From the NCBI GenBank assembly GCA_038496445.1, contig JALMLS010000420.1:620001-684000 (forward strand): a stretch of 64,000 bases of DNA. The letters are read 5' to 3'. The translations under genes were made by a program, and so were the position numbers. The notes beneath the pieces were generated by a model, which saw only the letters and a program-made list of their open reading frames with translations, did no database searches and had not been told where the DNA came from. Positions 53,197 through 64,000 of the stretch are shown here, piece by piece (the first letter of the stretch is position 1; each line of letters opens with the position of its first letter). Source of the stretch: Trichosphaerium sp. ATCC 40318 (lineage: Eukaryota > Protista > Tubulinea).

Positions 53197-56016
53197 CTAA
53201 GCACCCAAAGGAGAAGTATTTACATTTGCAGCAGGTGCAAATACGGGACTTGTATTTGCTGCTCCACCAATAGCGGCAGCGCCACCGGCTGCTCCAGCAC
53301 CACCAGCAGCAGCTCCTTGAATAACACGATATGCAACAACTAAGATTTTTGTTAACAGAGAACACTACGTAATTAAAATAGTCACGTACAGGCTATAGCA
53401 GCTAGTACAAGTACTGCTGATCCAACTCCAACAGCTAATCCAGTAGTTGGATCAATAACACCTGAAGGCTAAAGGGAAAAATTAATCGAAAGAAAAAGCT
53501 ATGACGAAAAAAAACGTACTGCAATAACTACAAGACACGTTCCGTTTCCATCCATTACACGGCACTGTGCATCGTCACTAATGCTACCATCTGCATTTAA
53601 CATTCTAAAGAAATGAGTCAGTCACGCAAAGACAGAGGCAAGGTTGAAAAGAAAAAGTAATGACGTACTCTGGTATGTCTTCTGGTAATGGACATTCTAG
53701 AACAAGACATGTTTCGTTGTTTTCACCAACTTCTTCAAAGTCTACACCTGCATGTATTGTTGGACAGTCAAATCGGTGAAGAGTCCCTGAAAGGTCCTGA
53801 AGAGAAGAGAGTTAACAATCAACGGTTACTTTCGTCTCAAAGCTTGTTTTCACTTACCGGACAACAGATAGGTTTTTCCTCTATACAAGGCATATCAGTA
53901 GGGGCACTAGTTGGAGTTGAAGGAGTTGGAGGTGGAGGCTAAATAGAGCGTAAATAACTTGAACAGAAACAAAAAAAACCTTTTTGTTTTCTTACCTCAA
54001 CACATCTATTCAAACAAAAGCAAATACCAGCACAACCATCGCAAGGTTGCTCATATTCTCCATCACACAACGTAGGAATGAGTTCGTTTACAAGCTTTCC
54101 AATACCTTCAAACTGCGAAGTACCAAAGAAAGCTCCATCTGATGCAATGCCTTGTAGTTGCGCTCTATTACAAATTTAATTACTTAAGCAACAACTTTGA
54201 ACATACTGATCTAATGAATCTCCTACAGCTACAACTATAATAGTAACTCCGCTTGCTTTTAGTACAGATGCCATTTTTTGTGGTGGTTCTCCATCAGTTG
54301 TATGAACTCCATCAGTTACCTTGTAAGAGTAAGTTATTGAATTCTGATTCATTATTTTTCTGGGGTTTTTTTTGGACTTACAAGAACAGCTACACGGTGA
54401 ACTTCATCTCTTCCGTCTTTGAACATGTACTAAAAAAAATTGGTTAGTTCTGGATTACGAGTAGTTTCAAAGTACAGTAGCAGCATCTAATGCTCCAGTG
54501 ATGTTTGTTTTACCACCAGTACGGTTTAGATTAAAATCAATGAGATTGTTGATTGATGCTTGTAGGTCATCGTAATCGTAGGTCAATTCTGTGTGAATAC
54601 TACCTCTTGATTCAAACGTTACAATACCAGCACGAGAGATATTCTCGTCGATGGTAATAATATTCAATTCCTAAGAGTGGTAAGAACCGAAAAAGTACAA
54701 GAAAGTTCAATGAATAGAGTGCTTTTATCGTACTGGATCAATAAATGCTTCTACAAAGGAGATAAGTGTTTCGTATTCTTGTTCATCTATTGATGATGAC
54801 CCATCTAAGATAAATGCAAGATCAACAAGTCTAAAAAGATTGTAAGGTTGGTTATGCGAAGCGAGCAAATTCACGTGTTTTTATTGAGAAGCATTGACGT
54901 ACCGTTTGCATACAGTAATATTGCCAGAAGCATCGCAATCAGCAGGAGGGTCCCAAGTTCCAGGAGGAAAGTTTCCACCAAAATCAGGAGGGATAAGGTT
55001 TGTCGCATCTAAAGTGAAAAATCACGTGTTAGAATAGTTTAAACGAAGTGCAAAAAAGGTAAAAAAAATCAACAAGAGAAAAAAATATTGACGCACTCAA
55101 GAATTCCAAAAACAAAGTGCCGTCGTTCTCAGCCTTTGGATAATTAATCGTAGCTCTTTTTATTCCATCGATAAGAGATAAGGTAAGAGATATTTCTAGC
55201 TCAACTTCAGGTGGGTTAAGAGTGTTATCAACCTATAAGAACAACATTTAGAACTTTGTGAAAAAAAGTTTCACAAAAAATAGTACCTGCTTGAAGGAAG
55301 TTTCAATAAAGCCATCTGAATTAACGTTACACATAGTATTCTAAAATGACATGAATTACAGTACTACTTTTTCCTATTTCACCGTACGTTAGCTAGTATA
55401 CCGTTATCAATATTTACTGGATCGAAGGCATCAGGTCTATGTATAAGAACAGGGAAAAGGTTTTTCGCAGGATCTGTTATGAATCTACTGCATTCTCCTC
55501 GACATGTACGAACTGTTACACCCTATTTATTTACCCCATTAGAAACAGCGATACATCAAAAATATTCAACTTTTTATCGCGCGTGCATATCACGTGATTG
55601 GTTTTGTTGTTCGAAAACTTTTTCACACAAAACGTTTCGGTTCGTTTTTTTTTATTGCTAGCGCTCTTACGTACATCAGTAAAGAACGTCCATTCAGTTA
55701 CCTCCTCGACTGTTATATCTGTAGGTGTGTATGTAATACGCATCTGCTTTTCAGGTAAATCGTAGTAAAAGATGCCTACACCTTGTAGTTAGTACTCTGT
55801 ACTTGGCGTTGTAGGGTTTTTTTCCTTTCTTGTTTTTAGTTTACCTGGATATTTTTCAGCGTCAGGTCCAGGGGCAAGACTAACATTAACGTGGTGTATA
55901 AACCTTCTACTACCAGCAGCTGATAAACAAGCATCTGTTTGAGCACCAACGTTGTGAAAACATAAAACAGAAATTACAGCAAAGAGAACTACTGTAAAAG
56001 CGTTTATCTTCATCAT
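53197..56016 (-). CDS. Type I membrane protein with vWA (MIDAS) domain, Cys-rich/Pro-rich stalk and short tail (Sib/integrin-beta-like architecture)
   Basis: Signal peptide, 'VDLAFILDGSSSID', 'TGGKTNITGAL', 'IIVVAVG', TM 'GLAVGVGSAVLVLAAIAFVAY' and a tail with NTSPVF and NTSPL. Confidence 0.8.
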
Positions 56017-56717
56017 CTTTATTGAAAAATCAAAGAGAGGTGTAGTTCGTATGAAGTGGGTTTAAGAGGTAGTACTAACTTATGTTTATTGTGAATCCAT
56101 GTTTTCTTTTTAAAAGTGTGTAACGCTCATAGCGTCATTAAACATCGAAGAAAAGAGGCACCTTGGTGCTTGTTACACTTTCAAGAAGTGGAGATTTTTA
56201 TCTCTTTTGATTTTTACAGTACATTCAGATCGGCTTTTGATATATGCACCACGCTTACTACAAGCGCGTCATAAGCCGTTCCCGCGTGTTCTGATCCAAA
56301 AACAAAATCCTTTGGGCGAGATATAAGTGGGATGCATCACGTATCTCTATGGTAGCCACTAAAGCTTCAGTGATACTATCCATGTTTTTGTATAGCGACA
56401 TGTTTGCTTTCACGAAAAAATAATATGCTCAAACAATCACGTGCGTTTACTAAAAGGAAGCATACTATATTTTCAAAATAGTTATATGTGTATTGAGTAC
56501 CACTGAGCTATTTCCTGGTTTCTGGAGGCTTTTTGAAACGCTACAATGCTCACGTGTACTAAAGAGGTGGATATTGCGTGGGGACCGAAGTAGTTACATA
56601 ACAACAACATACGTGAACGCCAGATCACTTTTCTCGCCGCTGGTGCTAAGATTTTGATAAGTCACCCTACGACTAAGGTAGCGGCTGAGTGCTGACAAAT
56701 TACATTGTACAACCGCA

Positions 56718-57690
56718 ATGGACAACCACTCGTTTAATCCATTTTGGCGTAATGATAACGAATACTATGACACGTCTCGACAGCAGTTAGCAACTTCCCT
56801 ACTAAAAACAGATATTGATATTCTCAAAAACAAAGGCGAACAATACGTCGACGCAGATACAGGCGATTTTCGCAATATTCCATTGGAATTACTTGGTATT
56901 TATCTTAAAAACCGTTAACGCCAAAAGTAGCTAGTTTAACTGTCGTTTCATGTGTTGGTTTTGGTCTTCTTATTTGTTTTAATCATTAAAACGTTTGACA
57001 TTATAGCTCTCAATAGTGGTGTATTTATTTTAATATTAGATACTATTTTATGGTACGCTGTACCACATACAGAAGGGAGACCAAAGTTTAAGAGAATGAT
57101 ACCGTTCATTACAACATGTCGTGCTTTGTATGTTTGTGGTAGGTCTCTGGGGTATATACGTAGCACTTACGATCGTCTCTTTCGGTGCGCCCTTCCATCA
57201 CGAATTGTACAAAAATTAAGACCACCCAACAGATACAGACACATCTTGAACATGGGGATTATTGAATTACACCTATGTAGTAACAAACTACAAAAGTACG
57301 TATTATTTACTTTTTTATTATCACGTGATTAATCGTCGATCATGTATCTTAATTTTTTCTGTTCTGAAAAAAGGTACCCGTTGTCATTTTCAAGAACTAC
57401 AATGCAGACGGAAGAAAATGACTATGATGCAAATACAATAGAAACTAGTGATAGACCTCCAACATGTGAAGAAATGAGGCTAGAACCAACCAGAGTTAAG
57501 ACTGTATTTAAACTAAATGAACTCAAGCTAACCGAGGTCTATACAACGCCGTCTGGTGGCGCATTCAAGTTTGCTCCAATAGCAACTCGGGTTAGTCATA
57601 ATTAAATACCTTTCTCAGCGCATTTATTGGTATGTTTAGGACACTAAATATTCTACTAAAAAGGTTGGACGAGAGTTTCAAAGTCGTTAT
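56718..57690 (+). CDS. Hypothetical protein (multi-exon)
   Basis: Consecutive ORF blocks joined by plausible introns; no family recognised. Confidence 0.45.
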
Positions 57691-57909
57691 CGCAGTGTAT
57701 GTTTTTTTTTTTGAAACCGAAAGTTTTTTTCTTTTTTCTTGTCATTAACCATTAATAGCAACGCAATAATACTCGTATGGGATTTAAGCCAAAACGAAGA
57801 AAATACACGTGAATAAGTGATTAAATCGTTGCAAATAAACAAGCAGTGGTTTATTTTTAGTATTCGTCTTTTGCCATGGTACCCATAAGTTACCATTACT
57901 CATAGCCGT

Positions 57910-60503
57910 CTACATAAACATGAATGGCATGAGTGGCTTCGATTTTTGTACCTCAATTGCATTCTTGTCAAGTTCAGGGAAACGCACTGGAACAACTGTC
58001 TTTTGGTAGTAAGCCAATCGTGCTTCAAGAGCAGCAACTTTATCTAATTGGGTAGTCAGAAAATACTGACATCGGTGGTTGCCAACTATACCTGTGTGGA
58101 CTGCTACCAAGTTTTTTCTTTCTTCAGGGTCAAGAGCCACGTTATACAAGTATATATTGTCATCGTTGTTATCTTCATCAACAGATTTCTTGTTTGCTTG
58201 CGGCCACCTAAAAAAACATCAGCTAATATTCAATTTAGCTTTCATGAAAAAGAACGCACCATTTACCTGGACCCATGCCTTTTAATAGCTTCCAATCACC
58301 TACTCTAATAGCTGCATGATCTACGTGATAAGAATTAGGAGGTAAGTTAAAGGTTATAAGTAACGAACTTGAGATAGAGTCTATGTTATGTAAAATCTCT
58401 GTTCTTGGTGAAGGCAAGTCATTTGCTATGGCTTGCCAAACGTCATATCCATCAAGCGGTGGAACGCCAGAAGGTACATTCAATGAACCTCTTAAACGCT
58501 GTTAATAACAATAAACATTCTAACATACCCTGCAAGAGACACAAACGTAGGATACCTAAAAACCGAACTCAGATAAAAGTTTGATTTAAAACTGTACCAA
58601 TCGGAGCAATGGATGAGCGCTTTGTTGAAGTAGTTAACCTTGTTTATTCCATGACCAACTATAAAAGCTGCTCCACGCACACCACCTTCCCAGAGTTGAG
58701 CTTTAGTTCCTCTTTAAAGAAATGTTAGAAAAAAACCACGATCTTGGATTTGTATGTTTACCTCAACGGTGCGTTTGACATTGCATTACCATCGTTATGT
58801 GATGAAGGCGCACCGTTATCTGTTGTGAAAAGTAATATAGTGTTATTCCAAAGTCCGCTAAAATACAGTTAAGTGTCAAAATCCAACTGACAACTTTATT
58901 GCCCATTTCAGCCAAGTTAGTCAGCTAGTTATTTTCGTCAGTTATTTTCGTTGTGGAGCTTTGTTTGTTCTAGTATCATTGGAGCACTTTTAACAAAATA
59001 AACGACGAAATACCTAGTGACTGACTTGATTGAAACGGACAATAGTAGCAATAATTACCGCTCTTTTAAAGCCTTTGTTATGTTTTTTACACCATCATCC
59101 AGAGCACCTACCATTCCAGCGTATGTCCTCCTGTCCTAAAAAATAAAATAGCAAGTCAACTTCGTGTCACGTGCGTTTGTTTTGTACTTTGTTTTTGATA
59201 TGGGATTGTTGGTCGATGTAGTACTGTGGAGCCTGAAGAAGATCCCCTGATGGTGTATCACAAGAAGGTTCTATGTAGAACATTACTAAAAGTATGAAAA
59301 TGCTTGTAGTTACCACAACTGGCTGCTCCGTGAACTGCCTAATAGTATATTGTTAGAAAAAAAGCTACACCCGCTAAAGGTACCTCGTAGGGTGCATATA
59401 AGAATAAAGGCTTGGATACATCATGCTATATATCAATGAATGGGTTGGTGTTGCTAAAAGGACTTGTACCTTGTCAATTATATCTACAATTTTACTGAAC
59501 AAATTAGCAAGGCAACTGATTCAAAGTACGTACGTTGTAAACAAATTTGTTGAGTAAACACCAGATTGACCTCTGTCTGGAGCAGTGTTTACACCTATAC
59601 TATATTGAGATATTAGCGTATTTTACGGATTACCGTCAAAATGATGCAAGTCAAGAGCTGTAAAGTTAACACCACAATGCCAACATGGACTTGTGTGATT
59701 CCAATATTCTTCATTTCCTACATTACCAGTTAGACTATGATAGTACAAATGTCACTTTGTACCAGTATAATATCCGTAAAAGGAATCAAACCCACGTTTT
59801 TGAGGTGTATAGCGAGGCTGGTAATAACCCAAATGCCACTGCCAAAAAGTAAAAAAAAACCCTAAGTTATATTAAAGTACCTTTCCAACCATGTGAGTGA
59901 TATAACCTTGGTCCTAAGTACGACTCAGTATTTCCTAAATATCCATACATACGCTTAATCTATCCGCAACTGTTTTAAACTCTAATGGAAGTCCATTCGG
60001 AATTGCATCAAGGATAACACCATGTTGAAGACCTTCAAGTTTAACCTTGTTAGTTTGTTCTAATATTCTCGCATTCCCTGCGTTTACCAGCGTGTATTGG
60101 ATAACGACCACTCATCAAGGATGTTCTAGTGGGAGTGCATATAGGATTTACATAATAGTTATGTAGAATAACACCTTTCGAAAACTTAACAGCGAAAAGT
60201 CCAAAAAAAAAAAAGAAAAAGTTTTTCGAACCTTCTTTCGCAAGTGCATCTAAGTTAGGCGTTTTAATATTAGATCCAGTGCCTAAAAGACGATATTAGC
60301 ACGCAATGAATCTTGTAGTTGGTAATTTAGCTGTAAAACGTTACCAGTGAACCCCACATCATCAAAACCGAGGTCTTAGACAAGCATTAGGCACGTGCTA
60401 AAATTTTTTACTTGCCGTCAGCAATGATCCACACGAAGTTAACAGGCGGCTTACTACAACCTACAAGCACTAAAAACGCAGCAAATATGACCAAGTTACA
60501 CAT
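57910..60503 (-). CDS. Arylsulfatase B/I/J-like sulfatase (many short exons)
   Basis: Signal peptide, 'NFVWIIAD|DLGFDDVGF', '[14 protein letters not shown]' (CxPxR), 'VGK|WHLG', 'FTTDNG', 'LWEGGVRG' and '[11 protein letters not shown]'. Confidence 0.93.
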
Positions 60504-60899
60504 TTCACTAGCGATAAAAGAAAACGGGTGCATGTTAAGCGAGCTCTTTAAGTTGGAAAAAACAAATAGAAATCTACTGCTAGAAATGAAATGGTTATAT
60601 CCTTGCTAGGAGAAAGAATACCCGATCAATGACTTCGAATTCATTGCTATCAGATTGAATCTGTTTTTGCATCTGTTGATAGCAGCATTTAGTGAAATTT
60701 TCAGTTTCGCTTTCCACGGTGCCTGATGCACAGTCATTGGTATTGAAGGTGCTGAAATGGTTCTACCGGGACATTAAATTCAAGCCAAATGAAGGTTTAG
60801 CTCAGTCCACAATTTCAACTTAGTTTAGTAGCATTTTATTCATAAAAACATTTAATTTCAGCAACCTCAAGCTTCAAACGTTGGAAACTGTTGATTACT

Positions 60900-61630
60900 T
60901 TGTTGACGAATACACCGGCAACTTTAACACTAATTAGGTACCTCACTCCTCAAAATTAGCATTAAAAATAGGATGGTCTTCTCCTTCGTTTGTGACAGCA
61001 TCCTTGATTGTCTAAATTGTACAAAAAGTAAGCACAAAGAAAAAATGGGGAAAGGAATTTTTTAACATACCAAATAAGCATCAATGGCTTCTTCTCTAGC
61101 CGTATAATAATCTTCTGCACTATTAGTTGTTACAACATATCACTAATTTCTCTTGTAGCAAGGAGTGGTAACATACCATCAACTTTAGTACATGCTCTAC
61201 AACATAAAAAAGTAAGTAAAGATGATAGACTTAAAAAACTGCTATTGTTCGATCCTTCACAAAGCAGGAAAAATGTCACCCAACTTTTTGTTTTTCTGGG
61301 CCAAAAGTCAACACAATATTTAACTTGAAGGATACCTATTGGAATTAAAGTATCACCTTTAAGTTCATTCAAGAACAATTTCGAAACCCCTGCGATGATA
61401 TGTGGGTCTGAACACTGTCAAATTTTCCTCTCTTTCTTCTATCCAAGTCTGATTTTACTGCTTTGACGTCTTCAAAAACACACGTGATTATTAAAAATAG
61501 AAACAAAGTAAAAAAAGCAAAAAGCCACCATAATAAAAATAATTTCTAGAAAAATAGAAATATTGGATTATTTAATTACCCTATCAACCTAGCAGCTGCT
61601 TCCTTCTTTTCATCTGAGGAAAATCATTTC
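60900..61630 (-). CDS. Hypothetical protein (multi-exon)
   Basis: Exon-like open blocks with GT-AG boundaries ('ACTKVDGMLPLLATREISDM', 'AEDIITAREEAIDAYL'); no family recognised. Confidence 0.3.
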
Positions 61631-61809
61631 TTTTCCCTGTAATATTTATAACTTGCATCAATGTATTTATATCAAGTTTCCCATAATTATTGCCTTCAAT
61701 CAAACCAACATAAAGCTTACATAAACCTTTTGATATAAAGTCACCAAAAAGTGGCTTTGTAAAACTGGTTAGTTGTCGCTTTTCGCAGTTTGAGCACTAC
61801 TGACATTAA

Positions 61810-64000
61810 TGCATTAAATGGGATAGTGCTTCAAGCGTCTACTAGCCCGTCAAACGCCACCAAACAATTTGGCTACTTTATGATTTTTCCAGAGGATAGC
61901 CCTGGTAAGTACTGATAGCCACACAAGGCCTTTTAGCCAAAACATCCCTTTTTGGTTACTGAGTCATGAAGTGACGTAAAACTACACTTCTACGCGTGTA
62001 AATTCCATTACAAGCTCTCTCTTACGTTTAATTTGCAAGGTACTTTGATTGTTTCATCACCTGGGGCAAACGACATATCAAATAACTTCGCAAGTGGAGG
62101 TGTGATTAACCAAGTTTTCAGGGGAAGCTTAACACCACGTACTGAAAACAAAGGGATTGTAGTTTGTCTTATTTCTTTTCCAGTAAATGAAGGGGATTCT
62201 GTACTAGATAGTGGTGTAGGGGATTCATTTGGGCTATTGCCAGTTATGGAAGGAAGCCGACTAGGAGAAGCTGCAAGTTTTTAATCCAAAACGAAAAAGT
62301 GGTTTTGGTTAAACGTTGTTTAGATTGGTTTTGTTGACTTTGATAATACTGGTAGTCTCGATTTGATTTATTCAGTAAAGTTGGGTAGATCGGAGGTATG
62401 TTATGACAAGAAATTTCTTTTTTTTATAAGTACACGTGCAAGATAATGAACTATTTTTTTTCTTCTAGCTTCTTTTTCAGCAGCACAAAAGAGTTGAAGG
62501 GTAGTGTAGCCTTCCAAACGTTGAGAATTTTGTTAGACGAGGCTGAGGGAGTTGCAAGTCAAATCATTGGTGCTGATGTAAATGGTGACGGCTTTGTAGA
62601 CCTTATTGCAACTTTTCCATTTGCTGTTTTTATTGTTTGTGGAAGCCAAAGTTCCTTTCAGCACTTTGCGGCAAATAATATTTCCTACAGTCCCTTTGAT
62701 AGGCAATTGCTAGTAAAAGAAGGAGCTAAAATAACAGCGCATTACATAATCAAATTACTCGTTTGGGTGCGTCTATTGTTTATTTAATGTTTACCAAGGG
62801 TTGCCCTACTTTTCGGCAAACATGTTCTAACTCCTAGACATCTCGTTTTTGAGCGCCCTTTTGTCTGAGAACATTTTTGCTGAAAACAACGTAGAGCAAG
62901 AATATCACATGCTACAAGTTACCTTATGTTTTCTTAGGGTCTATTAGTGGCCGTTTATCGGATCAAGGGATAAAACTAGAATCTATCTCCATTGCTTATG
63001 CCAGCGCATTTAATGGTACCGGTGAAGTCTGGATATTGAATGGACCACTCTATGAGTGGATGGCGAGATATAGATTTGATGAAAATCTAAGTAGATTACC
63101 CCCTTCTGGTTTTATTATCAAAGGTTCAGTACCAGGAGACGAATTTGGAACTGATGTACATGGGGAGATGAACTTCAACAATGACGGTTTCAATGATTTT
63201 ATGGTTTCAGACGGCAAAGGTTATTTGTAATTTTGTGTTTCAATGATTTAAGTATACAAGCTCATTATTTGGATTGTGATTTTAATGGTGATGGTAAAAA
63301 AGACATTATAATGACCTCATTAGTAGATGCTAAGACATATGTTATTTGGATTTGAAGGACTTTATACTGGAAGAACTCTAGTATCCAACTTGGCAAATAT
63401 TTACATCCTAGAACACAATATCGGTAATTTAACTCAAATGCTTTGTAATGATATGAACCGTGATGAGTACGCTGATGTTATACTTGGTGCGCCGTATGAA
63501 GTTGAAGGCAGAGTGCATTTTTACTATGGAGGTCCAGGTAACGTACATATTAACTTCGTATTTTTATGAAATATGTTACAACGGCATAGCTGTACGACAG
63601 TTCAAAACTTCAACAATTACCTTTTCAATTTAGAAAAAAGTTTATAACCTTTTGGTTAGTGTTAAGCACCGTCATATCAGATGTAGCCATAAAAATGTTT
63701 AAAGACCCTCAATTTACAGAAGAGGTAGACATTATAGATGCCAGACAAGACAAGTATTTTAGTATGGTGTTCCAATCTCCAAGGTGCAGATGTAAAAAAA
63801 ACTTATTGTCAAACGGTTTTTATATGTAGCGATGATTCTTATACTTGTAGTTCGTTTAAAGTTAAAATTACGAATATCACAGCGCCTGATTTTCCATTAT
63901 TTGCTATCCTTCAAGCCCCAGAAAATGCTGATGGTATGGAAGTTCGGTATCGCATTGATCGTGAGCATGTGGTCATACACAACCAGCACAAACGCTCTAT
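61810..64000 (+). CDS. FG-GAP repeat (integrin-alpha-like propeller) protein, runs off window end
   Basis: 'GADVNGDGFVDLI', 'FNNDGFNDFMVS', 'DFNGDGKKDII' and 'DMNRDEYADVILGAPYEVEGRVHFYYG'. Start uncertain. Confidence 0.8.

Overview
Gene-dense, AT-rich eukaryotic DNA from a protist, most likely amoebozoan-like. It has many short (about 40-70 nt) spliceosomal introns with a GTACGT/GTAAGT/GTATGT donor consensus, and the standard code is consistent throughout. Recognisable genes: SH3/proline-rich protein, omega-like GST, M16 core-2/MPP-alpha-like protein, gamma-butyrobetaine-dioxygenase-like enzyme, RhoGEF, PIAS-like SP-RING protein, ESS2, E2F, 'TolA-like' coiled-coil protein, SVOP-like MFS transporter, reprolysin-type metalloprotease, vWA/TM adhesion protein, arylsulfatase and an FG-GAP protein. 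The most striking feature is a ~34 kb concentration of F-box-like genes (about 11-45 kb). It holds five dispersed, nearly intronless genes that fuse a conserved F-box-like N-terminus to MORN-variant (YwqK/giant-virus-type) repeats, three tandem mosaic F-box/LRR paralogs with hypervariable patches, an RWD-F-box gene and a decayed viral-style F-box/LRR relic. Other signals are a strong excess of CACGTG (often CAATCACGTG), at least six GC-AG introns, an E2F site in the E2F/ESS2 bidirectional promoter, and an intron-containing propeller gene with prokaryote-like repeats. Gene boundaries were spliced by eye and are approximate.
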